Shown: positions 24,755 through 38,937 of the stretch, piece after piece
Layout: the number at the start of each line of letters is the position of its first letter
Numbering within the stretch: the first letter of the stretch is position 1
Source: Pavona decussata
Taxonomy: Eukaryota
NCBI GenBank assembly: GCA_977016875.1
Contig: CDRNST010000123.1
Coordinates: forward strand, 5,952,001-6,016,000
DNA: 64,000 nucleotides
Direction of reading: 5' to 3'
The notes under the pieces: generated by a model
Database searches by the model: none
Told to the model about the DNA's origin: nothing
The model's input: the letters and a program-made list of their open reading frames with translations, nothing else
Program-made: the position numbers and the translations under genes

Positions 24755-27730
24755 CTACTTTGACACAGATGATAATATAAAGAACATAATGATTAAGGCA
24801 AGATATATCATGACAAACACAACTCCAACACCAACAGCTGAGTAAGCAAAGTTCCGTGCTGATTGAGAAGCAATTCTGGCAGAGTTGATGTCTCCACGGG
24901 CAAGAGAATTACGAACCTAAAGTAAATGAGAAAAACCAGTACAGCTGCATACATTACAATCTAGACACTACAGTGCAGACAATGAAAGAGTAAAATTTCT
25001 TGTGCAAGAAAGCAACGTGACACATCTCAAAACACCAACCTTCCAATATTATTGAAAGTTCAGTGAAAAATTGTACTTTGGGTGCAGGGAACGGCAAGCG
25101 GGGCACAACCCATCCACAAAACAAAAAATAAATAAATAAAATAAGTGAAAAAATAATGATTATAATGACAATGGCAGTGCAACCTGACAGAAACTCTCTA
25201 AGTATTAGGACTTGGAAATTGAAATAGCAAGAATGTGGAAGTAATAAATACTACTTCCAGTAAGGCTCAAAAGTGACCAATCTAAAAAATCTCACCTCAT
25301 TCGATTTTAGTATAGCCATAATGCCGAGAGGCCAGCAACAGCAAAGGCAAGCAAACCACGACAGGGCCTGGTGGTCAGGGGGGGCCATTTCAATGGATGG
25401 TTGCACCATGTAGGCTCCAGGTTGCTATAAACATTTTTTACATAATTTATTAGCATCAACTTGTGACTGTGTGAAAAGGACAAAACTTGACTTTTAGATA
25501 AATCAGCAAAATTAATGTTATGAGCACTCTTGTGGAAAATAATTTAAGACTTTTTGTAGCTCACAGATTTGCCTTTGTCATACTAGTGAGTTTACGTAAC
25601 AGGGCGGCGGAGGGAAGGGGACGGTGAAGTATCGTTGTGTGACCAACATAACATCTTAGTATCTTCACATTTTTAGGCCATTTGTGACTAAAACTGGAGA
25701 GTGTTCTCTCATCTGTGACAATGTGAAAACCACGAGTGGTAGGAATTTTACAATCTAGAGTCATGAAAACTTGGCGGTCATGTTGGTCACACAAGGACAA
25801 TTTGCCGTCCCACCACATCAGCCGTCCTCTTGTGTAAACTCGCTACTGTCAGAGAAGAGAAGCCATCCAAAATGTTACTTTATAACTTGTATTGTCAAGG
25901 GAAACAAAAACAATTTTGAGTCTAATGAAAAATTAAACACTGAGTTAAAGGTAAGAGGTTAAATTACTGAAATGAGTGAACCAGCAGGGATGGCTTCCAG
26001 TTTAAAGTTCGCACAACAGGGGGAAGGGGGATGAGCTATCTGTGGAGGCTCCACCTTAAAGGGTGACATGTTTTACCCTCCTAGTATCCAAAAAAAGTGG
26101 TGAAATTTGTTTGCAATTAATACACTATTTTAACCAATTATGCACCAGCCGTTTCCAGAGGTTTTCCAAAATTTAACAAAATTGGCAAAGTCGTTATTTC
26201 CTACCCCATCTGCAGTAAAAATACGTAACTTACAGGGCAAAAACAAACAACACCCCTCTAGTCTAAGATAGTTAACATTATTAATTATGGAATAAAATAC
26301 ACTAGCTGCCAATTAAAAATTTTCCAAAAAACAAACTTGAAGGTAAAAATTTCCGAAATTTCGATGAAATTTGATCCGCGCGTCACATGGGTGAAATCTG
26401 ATCTGTCTCGAGAGCATGTGTTTGTTTACGCAAGTTTACACAGTTGTCATGTTTTCTCAATGAAAATAGAAAGAAAAACACACAGAAAGCTTTCTTAAAT
26501 GAAAAATTTATTCAGAAAAGTCTTTGTTTACGCCTGAGAAAGAAAAGCATATAATTATAAATGCGAGACGAGCGACGCGCAAGCAATTTGAAGGAACTAA
26601 CAAGTCCAATTCGAAGCAAATTAATCGACCCGTGCGGGGCACGTTTTTCAAATATTTCGCAAAAACTGTTCGGAGTACAAAGAATCGGTCAATTAGAATA
26701 GTATTTCAGTACAAATTCACAATCAAACCTGTAATTTTTTGGCTGTTGAATTCCCAGAAGTACTTTTAAATTTCGCAGAAAGTCTGTGGCCTGAATAATG
26801 ATTTGAGCTGTCCGCTCGCTCGTCGCCTGGATAAAACAACAATTCGTACTCAAAGCGCTATTTCTTCGCCGTTATTTCTTGGATTTTCGCTGTCGAAACT
26901 GTTGAGTATTCCTTAGCAGTTCTTCTTTCGATTTACCATTTCGAAAAGGTGTGTTTTCCTTCGGAAAACGCAAAAATCGGCAGCTAAAAATTTAGCCGCG
27001 CAGCCCACGAGGCAACAAAAATTGAAATCGGACACCCCTTTCTGAAGACAAAAAGCTCTTTTGTCTGGGCCCCCCTAAGATCTAAAAACATATGCGCAGT
27101 TAGTGGATTCTGATTGTTCAGTCCTTTCTGAAGACAATGAGAACAATAGGGGACAAAAAATTCCCTTCTAGGGGAGGTAGGCTCCAATCGTGTAGTGCGC
27201 GCAGATGAACCCGAAATCACGGCCGGTTTTGGCCGGCACGGTGCGTAATGGGTTAGGGGGGTTTTTGTTTGTTTTATGTTTGTGAAAGGGGCACCACTCG
27301 TGTAAAATTAGGTGTACAAGAAAGACTAAGGGGCTACACCTCCAGGTAGAGCCTTGCCTATGACATTGTAGTAACCCCCAGCCCAAATTCCTCCAATTTG
27401 AGTTATCAACTTGCTACTGTAGATAGATAATGCATTGTCTTTTTTTGCAGAGGTCAAGAAAAATAACACTTACCGCTGAAATTACACAGCCAACAGGAGC
27501 ACCTTGATATACTTGCCCTGGGTAACCTTGGGCTGGATAACCAAGTGGTGCCTGGTAACCAGGTTGTGCTTGGTAACCGGGTGGTGCTTGGTAACCGGGT
27601 GGTGCTTGGAAACCTGGTGGTGCTTGGTAACCAGGCTGTGGCATGTAAGGGGGTGGGGCCTCTGATGGATACGGGGAGGGTATGACATCTGCTGTATTTC
27701 CAGGGGCTTGTGAGGGATCATGATCAGTGG
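24755..27730 (-). CDS. CD225/dispanin-family protein (PRRT1/IFITM-like) with Pro-rich N-terminus; first coding exon not resolved
   Basis: Exons: 27730-27474 (PPPY, (GYQAPP)n), 25424-25296 (PPDHQALSWFACLCCCWPLGIMAILKSNE), 24916-24755 (VRNSLARGDINSARIASQSARNFAYSAVGVG + TM, TAG). GT-AG junctions with phase-0 joins. A likely 5' exon ends at a GTAAGT donor near 29091. Confidence 0.9.
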
Positions 27731-29090
27731 CTGAGAAGAAAAGGTCACCATTATTACAACAATCTTTTCAAATTGATGGCTTGATGCCTTTGGAAGGAAA
27801 ATTAATTGAAAAAAAGAACTTTCCAAACTTTCTCAGTGTTTGCATTCACTGTAAATTTTGCGTTATTAATGATCAATGAAACCTGTGTCCATGGTTGGTA
27901 GTTGGTATGCAATCAATCATTGCACATGTTATGTGATCAAAAAATTATCAGTTTTCTTGAACTGTTTTCACTGTCTCCCCTACCTTTATCTGACATTGTT
28001 AAACAAACACGCCGACTTCACCAATCTGTCATAAAAGAACAAATTAAAACAGACATCAATTGGTAACTCACACTTATATTCTACATTGTTATATATATTT
28101 TGCTAATACATTTGTGTTCATGGTACATACAGGGGAACCCTGTAAATGTGACCACCTCCAGGCCATAAAAATGTAATCGTAATAACAGGTAGGTTGGATT
28201 AACGAGGCAGAAAAACAAAGGAAATGACTGGACTTTCTATTCCTTCGGGGCACAAAAAAGTGGTTGTAATAACAAGGTGGTCGTAAGGCGTGGTTCCGCT
28301 GTATAATTATGTTTTTGTGATGTATATATATTTTCCTGATACTTACATTTCAAACTTCAAAATACATATATTGTGATCCCGGTATATATTTTATTCATAT
28401 GATGTTTTGTCACAATTGGTGCCTCGTACATTTAAGTCCACAAAAAAGAAAATAAGAAACAGGAAAATCTATTCACAACCCCTTTAACAGTATTAAATTT
28501 TTAATAATATTTATTAGTCATGCAGCCTCAAGGTCATGCTGTCAACCTCGATGTGAGTTTTCCTAATGCTATGCCACGAGGTTTCGTTTCTAAAGCTGAT
28601 CTAATATGAATTGTTGTGATTGAGTCGTTGTGTTCGGAGCTCTCCCTTCACGTAACATTTCTATGGTAATAACGCGTCATTTATTCTGGGTTATTTTTAT
28701 TCCTTTTTTCCCTAGAATACCTACTATATTTTGCACAATTCTTCAATAATGTTGTCCGAACTCTCACAAATTATTTTTGGGTTCGATTAGTCACCGGCTC
28801 CAACATGGCGGACGTTAATAATTCAAGCCTCGCGTGAAAGTACACAACTTATAAATTCAACGTACAACAATGATGACAAAACCCTCACAAGACCGACTGG
28901 CGGACGCAACTGATGAGTCGATAAACTACAGTATGTCTATCTTATCTATTATATGAATTATGTTAAATGAAGAATCCAAACAGCTTCTTTGTGGCGCTCA
29001 TGATGATCTGCGTCACTGCAGTGTCATCGTCAAATTATTGATCACTGCACCGACAACAAACAGAATAAAATTGAAAGGAGAGTTAACTTA

Positions 29091-29560
29091 CCAACATAAG
29101 GCAAGTATGAAGTAATAGTTTCCCTTTGATAGAAAAACTGAAAAGTTTCGCTTTCAGACGTTTGCCACCGTGAAAACCGTAATGTACCCCGAGCTGAGAA
29201 AAAAACGAAATGGCGGCGCGGAGCACTTCTCACGTCATGTAAAGACAATGAATTGTAGCTACCGCGTTTTCTCTAGTAGAGCGTTTCGCGTTGAACGTAA
29301 TATATATGTCAAAGGTTTTTTTAGTACCTTAAAATTCCTCGGTTTTGGACGCGCAGTGTGGCTAAATTATTTCAAAGCCTCCTACACTGGTCCTTCGATT
29401 TTGAAGTGGGCGCGGATCCGCAGAAAAGAATTTTGAACGAGCGCGGAGCGCGTGGCACCATATAGAAGTCTGGGACGAGGCAGCCAACTCCACCTTGCAT
29501 TATTATTACCTTATAATTCATCCACCACACTGTGCTTTCACATTTCGTTTGCAAGCAGCA
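29091..29560. promoter_or_regulatory. Probable bidirectional promoter (dispanin gene <- -> ependymin-like gene 1)
   Basis: CpG-rich ~470 bp between a minus-strand donor (~29091) and the plus-strand ATG (29560); contains a YY1-like AAATGGCGGC at ~29208. Confidence 0.45.
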
Positions 29561-32500
29561 TGTACGTCTCCGTTTTTTTCTGTTTTATAGCAGCCCTAGG
29601 AGCTGTAAATGGACAAGTTCAGCCCGTTTGTCAGCCATCAAGCGCCAGCAACGCATCCAGTCCCAAGCTGCCGAATTTGCCCACAGCTTTTTCAACCCTC
29701 TTGGAAGTAAACATCGTGAATAAGAACTACACGGCCGTGTACAGGGAAGTCTACGACCAGAAAGCAGACAAAGGCAAGCTTGAGAGAACAAAAAATGGAA
29801 CTAAGCACGTGGATATCTACGACTACACTTTGGATGAGGTTATCCATATTGACGATAAAATCTGCACTGTCTCGTCCACTTTACACAGGGAGCATTCTCA
29901 GTTTAGCTTTTTCGGCTTTGGTTCGCATATCGAAAGTGTGTCCCAGTTGTTCAAGTTTGGAAAACAATTTAACGAGACGTACATGGGTGTCACATCCGTC
30001 CGGGGAATAAGGTAAGTTTAATTCCTTACTGCAGATTTGATTCGCTTAGATTTAGAGGTGATGGACGATGGCTTATGGCCTAGAAAGATACTAGGTTGGA
30101 AGCGCGCGGAAGCTACACCAAACACCTACACCTTTAAAAGGCACGTGGAATTAAGAACTTAATTCATTGTTAGGACGTTTACCTGCATCAGATTTTTTTT
30201 AATAAAAGCTGCAGCTTTAATAGCTAAAATTCTCGTGGTTTGTTCTCATGATTAAGAAGGATAACTGAGAAAAACGTTAGCTTAATCTTGGCAAGAACAA
30301 AAGAACGTGACTTATGACTGCCAAGGAGTCGAGGAGACCAATTTTTAAATTGACATATTCAAAATGACTTATTCAAAGGAACTACCTTGCTCGTGTGAAT
30401 TACTCTCCCTTGATTACACTCCCCTCTCTGAAGTTCGTTTTCACCTCTATTTTGCTGAACAAGTGCATCTCGTCAGTCCAGAAAAAGGATTGATACAGGG
30501 AAATGCGCGCGTGATTCGCATATATTGCGCGATCAGATTACAGTTCGTGTAAACAAATATTACATAACGTATATTTACTCAAAAGCCCTTTCCAAAATGC
30601 TGGCTGAGAATGCTTTTAATATTGTGCTGTAGTTTGTAGGGGATAAGATTATCTACCAAGCTAGAATCTGATCTAAAAATGCAGGTTCATTATGGTAGTA
30701 CTACCACAATGGACCTGCATCTTAATTGTCCTGTAAGTAGTGTTCACCTAACTGTAGTCTTTCTTATTTAGGGTAGACTTCATCTTTCGTCATCTTCAGG
30801 GTTAGAGGTTGTTATGTGCTGTTTAATCAGTTTTGTACGACCATGAAGTATCACAGTTACGTAGCAGCTATGCACAAAGAAGCCAAATAATTATCATAAT
30901 ACTCGCCTAAAATGATAAGGTAGATATTGCATAACAAGGGCAGTACATATGCTGCTGAAATATTTTGAATTATTTTCTACATCATAAATTATTATAAATC
31001 TTTGTGCCTGACAACATGTTTTGAATTCAGTCTAAGTCTGTGTTATTATATTTTCAGCACCACATTCCACTGTTCCGATTTATTAGGATAGTTTCATAAC
31101 ACTAACACAGTGACACTGCAGATTGTGGTCATGCTTTGTGAACTTGTTATTGATTTCCCATCCAATGAGAGATCTGTTTACAAGCAATAACTTCATATTT
31201 CTTTGTTATTTAAACAAAGAGGAAAAAAACTTAAGAGAAATTGTTTCAACTTTACTGCTTTGCAATATTCATTTGGTTTGGAGCTTGATATTGTTTGTGA
31301 TAATACTCAGTATGGAATTACCAACCTGTGAATTAAAAATTCACAGCAGTGTTATGTGGACACAAACTGCAATAGACCATTTCCGAATTACTTTGAACCT
31401 CATAATGAAAGCAAGGCTAAGTGCAAAGTTTTTGTTATGAAAATTAGTTTTCATTTATATGCAAACAAAACTAATTTTCGTATGAAAAGTTTTGCACTTA
31501 GCCTCAGTTTCATAGCGAGGTTCTGAGCAACTTGAAAATGGCCTTGTTTCTCTCTGGTTACCAAGAGTGCTTTTAATGCTATATCTAGCCATAGACTTTT
31601 GTGAAACAAAGAACTTTTCATCTAAATTTTATAATTTATTAATTTAATAAAATGATGATGATGATGATGATGATATGCAACCCACACTTAAATATATTTG
31701 GAACCTTCAAATTGTTTTCTTATTTTTCCACAAATTTAGAAATATTCTAATTTGTCTGGGATTGACCACTGTAGTCCTTATTACCGAAATCAAGGGGATT
31801 ATAATTATATTGGCACTGTCGTGCTCTGATGACTCCATACAGGCCCATCTTAATTAGACTGCGCGCTGCCCCATCCCAAACCTCTTGTAGCCCTCTTCAT
31901 TCGCCGCTCACCCTATCTGGCTTCTGCAGCTTGCCTAAAAGAGCTTGTTCGCAGGCTACGTCTTAATTTGCCTTTAAACAGGTTATAACTAGGGCAAATA
32001 AGGGGTTTGTGTTGGGAGTCATAAGATCATGAAGGTACCAATGCCTCACCCCCAAAATGTAATATTTACCGGTAGATGCTAATATTAGGCAAGTGGGCCT
32101 TTTTTACTTTGCTTTCTCTATAACAGCTAGGGTTCGTTCGGGTCATGCATGGCAAACCTGGAAAGTCATGGAATTTCGTAATGTCATTATCCAGGTCTGG
32201 AAAGGCATGGAATTTAATATACAATGTAATTATTTGTGGGTCATGGAAAGTCATGGGAAACGTTGATTGTGGAAAAAATCACTAAGAAGGCATTCTATTC
32301 TAAGGGGATTAAAAAATAAGAATAACGATCAATTTAAAAACCAAAAAGGAACCAAGAAACAGATTTTTACTCAGTACAAATGCATTTTGAGACTAAAATG
32401 TGAACACCCATTTATGGAAATCTTGGAAAAGGTTATGAAAAAGGTCATGGAAAGTCACAGAATTTTAAAAGTCCAAATGAGTACAAAACCTGCATAAATA

Positions 32501-35500
32501 TCTCAAACCAGATGTTCCTGCACAAATATTACATAAATTAAAAGAAATAAATAAGTTTCTCATCAAGTCCCACCAGGAAAACCTTTCAAACGTTTTATAC
32601 CGGTAACAAAAATTATAACTGAATAATTTTTTTGAGCAGCTGTTACACTTCAATTAGCTGAAACTTGTGTGAGTTAGTTAAAGTTTCATCACTTTAGACA
32701 TGATCAAAATCAATATAACGCTTTGGGCAAAAAGCACTTGTGAGGCAATTTATAGGTTGACAATATATTCAATACTCAGCAGTAGGTTTAAGGTCACACT
32801 TGTCTGATTTGCACAGTAACTTTGTCCATTTCTTTAATGAAACTTTTCATAAAATCTCTAAAACAACACCTGTCTTGACCTCACCTGGATATTAAATTTA
32901 GATAATCAGGTATTCATTTCAGGTTTCTCTCCTGGCTCATACAATGACTTTAAACTGTTTAAATTATATTGAGGTGGAAAGGGAAATATCAAATTTAAAT
33001 GCAGAAAAAAAATATAATAATATTGGAGTTTTTGTTACAGCTGACAAATTATAACACTATTAAACAAATTAGATGATTGTGATAAAGCCACAAAATACAA
33101 TAATTGTAATTATTATTCTAAATGCCTTTACCGTAGAATAGTATTACAGTACATGTACATTTGGAATGTCATTGTGTGATAGGGGAAAATTCAAGCAATA
33201 AGCTGCAAGGTCACGAAAAATTATTGAACTTCTGGGCATAATGTTAATTATCTGGGAGGGGTTACATGTATATTATTTTGTGTGTGTACTTTGATCTTAA
33301 ATCAGATTATAGTGACTACAGGTGCAATAGTCAATACCAATTTTTACATAATTATTAAAATTCAAACTTGGCTCTGAGGCTTAGAGAAACATATAAACAG
33401 GATATTGATATTATGCAGAAGATCATAAATGAATAATAATATTTTTCTTCTGTTTTATTCCCCTTAGCCTTGGAGCAAAGTTCAGGGCTCGAGAGAAAAA
33501 CATAGTGACAACTAGGTTTTATTTCACTACTGGTCGGTAGTCAAAAGCAAATTTCCACTGACCAGACTTTGTCATGCAAGGTTTCACTAACTTATTTCAA
33601 GAGCAAGGAGTTGGGGAGCAGACATGCTTATTTACAAACGGAATGTTTATAAACATTGATAAGAAAAATGTTCCAGACTTGTAAACAATGTTGCAACAGT
33701 TATCCTATTTTCCATTTTCTAATTAATTTTTTTTTTGGTTGTTCTCTTTTCTTATTTTCCATGAAGGACTTTCTTTTAGTTTCCTCTCCTTGGTTGCTTT
33801 CATGATTCATCATAAATAGTTCTCAGTTTGATTTCCATCTGCTACTCCGACCAATGCTTCACAATTTTCATTTTCCAAAATGGCTAGTTAAGGCTTATTT
33901 ATAAGACCTACTTGTCAAAGTTGAAATTTTACTGGTCTGCGACTACATGTAGTTGGCTATTGTAACAGTCTCAAGCCCTGCAAGTTAAAATTTGAAAATA
34001 ATGATTGAGTTAATTTTAATTGAAAATATTGCGGTCTATTTACATTGTATGTGTCAGTCAACTTATTAAGTATTCAGACAGACAAGATTTGAAGCTTTTG
34101 CACCCTAGCACATACATGTACCTTGGTGAATTAATCTCTTTTTATTTTTGTCCTAGATGCCACCACTGGAGAACCTGTATATCATCCAACTATACTTCCT
34201 ACAATCTGGATTACTATTTCTCGGTACCAAATTGGGAAACGACCTGGGGCATGCTGAACTCCACTGTGGTCCGTGCTGTTGTTAATGGTACTTCTCTTAA
34301 TTTCAAAATGAACTTCACTAGTGGCAGATTTACTCTTTTGAATGACACACATGATTTCTATCATGTTTACGACTTTTTCAACTTCCGTCCTGGCCCTCAG
34401 GACCCCGCCAGTTTTCAGCTTCCAGAAGGTGTGTATTGCAAAGGACTTAAAGGTGCAAACAAGACAGTACCAAAACTTCCAAGTTCAGTTTTCAGCATGG
34501 AGTTTGAATTCACAAGCAGTCGATATAATACTCTGTCAAGCTGGCAGGTGAGTGTATGATAAATCTAACTTTCTGTTAAATTAAAGGTATACTGGCCTGG
34601 AATGCATGTTGTTTTTTCTCTGGAAGAAGCACTGCTAGAAGTTTTGTCTGATCGAGCTCTGGTAATTGAGCTCATTAAATTAAGAACACCCAACCATGCA
34701 AGTATATTTTTGCTTAGTATGGTTCTTTAAAGCCTGTAGGTACATGGTGAATTTAAGCTTGGGCTGAACCTTTGGTGTTTATATCGTTAGTTTTAGTTGT
34801 ATTATATATACATATTGTAAATTAATTCTGAAAAACCCCTCGGGGAGAATTTATTATTGTATTGTATTGTATAACATTATAGTGGTGTATAAATTATAAT
34901 GAGATTCATCCTGGGTGCACTATTATTGAAATTTTGTGGGAGATCATAATTATTATTAATAATATTATTGCATTTAGTTATACATGAGATTATTTTTTCA
35001 AGCCTGTCTGCGGATCTAAAAGTTGTAGACTGTTTCAGCCGGGGGTGAAACTTCCTTCAGTTGGTGTATAAATTGTTATTTCATGCAAGCTCTTTCCTAA
35101 GAGGATTTGTTAATGAATCCATAGTCCGTCTGTTATCCGTTGTAGTACCATATGATATTAGATCAGGTGTCTTGTACCCAACTGAACTATGTTATTTGGA
35201 GACATTTGCAAGAAGCAATATTTCTGGTGTTTTCAGTTTATCAAATTAGTAAAGCCAAATGTTTGAGTCTTTTTTTTTTCTTTCTTCTTTCTTTTGACAG
35301 GAAATTTATGATGTAGAGAAAAAGCTTGCATTGTTTAAGCATCCGGACTGGTGGAATCCCAAAGTGGGTCCAATTATTCTAATTCATGATTTTAACACAG
35401 GAATTGGCTATAATATCTCTAGCCATCACCCTGGTACCACATGCCGCCTGTTCAACATAACTTTGAAGACTTGGGATGCTACTGATGACGGAAGTCATCA

Positions 35501-38500
35501 TATTCGTATGAAGACAGTTCAGGAGCTTTGGGAGCGCCTCATGGGCGCAAATGGATCATCAGCATTGGTGTATAAGGGAACTGCTACTGTACGTGGTATG
35601 GGTGCTGACATCTGGGTTGGGAAGACAAATATGAAGAGAAAGAATGTTACATACCAGGTGAAGACTGTCCCCCTTTTCTTGGAGCATGTTGTGTTTTCAG
35701 TGTGTGCAAAGGCACATTTAAACGGTTTCAACATTTTGACCGAAATTTGTTCACAAAAGTTGAACGGATGTTGCGCAAATGTTGAACAGGTTGTTAAAAT
35801 GGCTTTAACTGCGTGCAAACTTTTTAAGAGCAAAGGTATTGCAGAGTATTATTATTAGTAGACTGCAAAACAAACAGTCCACTCACAGAGGTTTAGGATT
35901 GTTAATTGAATTGCTGTCTTAATTTTGTTTTGGTCAAGAGTTGATGTCTATCACTGAGAACTAGTGCCAAAAAACTATAATTTACCTTTTGCCAGTTTGA
36001 GGGAGCTGTGATTAAAAAAATTCAAACTGACTAAGGGTCAGGCAAAAATTATATGCTTAAGAAATTTTTACAAAATTAATCCCTGACACAATCTGTTTTG
36101 ATATGTTTCAATTCAAATCGATCACTATAATCTCCATTACAAAAATTTTCCATTATTACTCAATTAAATCGTTTTCTATCACTGGTATCGAATAATAATA
36201 TGCTTCTTTTCACAAAAGTGTCAGACTTTTGAAAACATGCTTAGCCGGGCTGTGAAATTTAATTTATCTGACACCCTTGTTTGTTGTAACTTTGTCCCTC
36301 CAGATTGTTCACGAGTGGTACTTTGCAAAACCAAACTGGAGAGTCGAGTCATTAGGCTTTCAAGGAGTACAACACCAGGTTCTTCTCAGAGTTGACTTTT
36401 TCTCAAAGCGGGGTCACAGCGTCATGAGCGTGTTCAATTTTAATCCTGATGCTGGTGAACCAACACTTTTTGACATCAAACCTTGCTTCACGCGAGAAGA
36501 ACAGCGTCTTGTTTGGTTTAGTTTGTATGGTAAGGATGTACACTGTTATTTCTGCGATTTGGGTAATCTCAACACATTGATTGAGAACACATGAAAACTG
36601 AGGAATTTCTAGAAAATTATTCTAGAAAAAATATACCATTTTGATTTTTATTCTGAAAAGAAGCACCTAAATATATAAATGGCCTGCCGAAATAGCCAGA
36701 AGCCCATGGATTGTGACGTTAGATATCTTGGTCTCCAAGGAATTGTTTCTTCATATGCCAGATTGAAGTTTGAATCTCTAGAAAATTAGTTCTTATATAC
36801 TGCAGTTGTTCATTAATTAATATTATCATAATGGTTTTTATGTTTTCAGACCCAGAAGGGAAGTATGAAAAGTATGTAGGTTCAAAGGAGTTAAGGCTGA
36901 GCCTTGCCAAGGCCGTCAGTGCTGCTGCTAATGTGACGATAATCAGAGTGAATGGAATTCGGGTAAGGATCAAAATACATGACGGCATAATTCAGTGACA
37001 TACATGCAAGCTAAGAATTACCCTGCGTAGCAGGCGGAAAATTAGGCGCTTTTCTCTTGCTGGAAATGCTTGCTGTGCAGGCTAGCTGAGGATCTAAGAA
37101 TAAAACAATTTAACTCAAACAAGTTTTTCTTTACACTCTGATGACAAGGTTCATTAACTTTTGTGCATGTGTGTACATGAACATACATGTGTGATGAAAT
37201 GTGGCAAGTTTTTTGTTGAATTACATGTATTTAGAGCAAGCTTCATATTACTATCAATATTAAATATTAGTATTGCAAATGATTATGATACTGATACTGT
37301 TCCCAGAAACCTTGCAGCTTATTACTGAGATCAGCATAGGCTGCTGCCAGCCTATACCTGTCTCATTTTCTGCATTTTATGCAATAGGTGGTTGCCAGCC
37401 AGTATGGCGATGTAGCCAACTCTAGTTAATAGCAATTTTTTAAGAAAAAAATTTGTTAATACAGCATGTGCATTTTAACACCTCCTTACTGTCAGTCTAC
37501 ATCACATGTGACCACGAGAATGAAGAGAGAATGACATGAACATTCAAATTCCTTTTGGTACGTGTAAGGTCCAGCATTTGAATGGAATGTCAAGAAATCT
37601 TTCCCAAAAAGACGCATTAACTGAACAAAAAAAATTCAAAATACTTGGGAAACGATTGTTTTTTCTTTTTTTTAAATACTTAATGTAGAAATGTAAAAAG
37701 TATTCATAGCTTTATACCGTCAATAAACTGGAGTAATTTGTACGGGAACTTTGAAATGTCCCTGGCGATGTTCAAAACTGACATGTAAATTTCAAAACTC
37801 CATTCAATTAAAAAAAAAAAAAAAACTGGTCACGCGTGATGTACATCACCTGCAACTAATACGCTGTGGATTATTTAGGTGGTGGATTATAAGAAGGAGG
37901 AACTGGTGGTTACCTTCACATTGTTGGACCGACCCAAGGCCGAGGGAGGCAATGTGGCAATTGTATATCCTGAGGAAGGACTTATGGGTGCATTGGATGC
38001 CTTGAATAATTCAGTGAATAATGGAAAACTCAAAGTGCAGTTCCAGGGTGGTAGGTGTTGATTGAGATTAATTTCGAATACGGTGATATCAATAATTTAT
38101 TTGAACTCTCCCATATGAAAATTGTTAAAATAGTAATCGGAAGGTCATAGGTTATTGTTTATTATTTTCCAGCCCTAAGTTTGGTTTGGGAAGGTCATAC
38201 GTTGTAGGTTATTTTATTTTATTTTATTAGCTTTGCCTTTATGATACCAAAAAAAAAATCGCAATCAATATGTAGAGGTTGGCAGGGACCTCGCAACAGC
38301 TAAGTAGCCAATTATTGCGGGGCCAGAAATAAAATATATGTAAGAGAAAGAACGAAAAAACACATCACATGCAGCACATTTATTGGTTAGACTTCTGTTG
38401 TGCGAAATCGGATTTTCCTTTGCCGGATCATACCCGCTGTATCACTGCACGACTGAAAAATACATTTATGAACAACACTAAAACAACTTCTTTTGCAAGA

Positions 38501-38840
38501 GGTGAAATATCAAGGGTTGAAACCTTGTTTGTTATTTTCCAGCTCTAATTTTTGTTGTCTTTCTCTTTTTTTTGTCTCAACAGACACGTTGCGGGCTATC
38601 AAGTCATCATTCGTTGTTGGGTTTTCACCCGGAGTCACTCCCCCTCCCATCCCTGTCACACCCTCCAGCAAGCCCCAGCCGGGAGGGGGTGGCAAACGAA
38701 AGAAGGGTGTCTCCAGCGGTGTAGTGGCGGGCGTTTCTATTGTCATGCTTGTTGTGGGGATTGCTGGAGGCTTGCTCATCGCACATGTGATCATGAAGCG
38801 CCGTGGAACCGGCTTGTTTTCGTACCAGAGACAGGAGTAG
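29560..38840 (+). CDS. Type-I membrane glycoprotein with two ependymin/LolA-fold-like domains, paralogue 1 (655 aa, 7 exons)
   Basis: Exons 29560-30011, 34157-34547, 35301-35657, 36304-36529, 36850-36962, 37879-38050, 38584-38840; all GT-AG and in phase. Signal peptide; repeated motifs LP..FS, YD......, Y.G...VRG....W, F.P....P..F.....C; Pro-rich stalk; TM; tail KRRGTGLFSYQRQE. Confidence 0.88.
31371..31545. mobile_element. Palindromic MITE (same family as 42998-43173)
   Basis: AATAGACCATTTCCGA...AGGCTAAGTGCAAAG...TTTGCACTTAGCCT...AAATGGCC. Confidence 0.8.
32128..32492. mobile_element. Decayed MITE with GTCATGGAA subterminal repeats
   Basis: AGGGTTCGT.C...GTACAAAACCTG termini and repeated AAAGTCATGGAA at both ends. 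Confidence 0.55.
33483..33980. mobile_element. Putative hAT-like MITE
   Basis: TIR CAGGGCTCGAGA / TCTCAAGCCCTG; flanks CAAAGTT / CAAGTT resemble a decayed TSD. Confidence 0.55.
37500..37842 (-). mobile_element. Diverged copy of the 680-1015 MITE family
   Basis: Reverse-complement match, e.g. ATTCATAGCTTTATACCGTCAA and AAAACTGACATGTAAATT; CAC.TGTGACC / GGTCACGCGTG ends. Confidence 0.75.
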
Positions 38841-38937
38841 CTGGATCGTGCCTCTGCATTTCACCGATATATAGGGGGCTTGTGGTTTGTCTAGTTATAT
38901 GTAGTTTTCTAGAGCGGTTTTGTATTGATGGTAATTT

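Noticed and set aside
27474-27730. LITAF or annexin A7-type gene suggested by PPPY/GYP repeats
   Set aside because: The downstream exons encode a CD225 domain, not LITAF CxxC motifs or annexin repeats.
30670-30735. Imperfect palindrome centred on GTAGTACTAC, with a nearby GTCATCTTCAG
   Set aside because: Possibly a decayed Penelope-type end, but the complete hammerhead core is absent and the boundaries are unclear.
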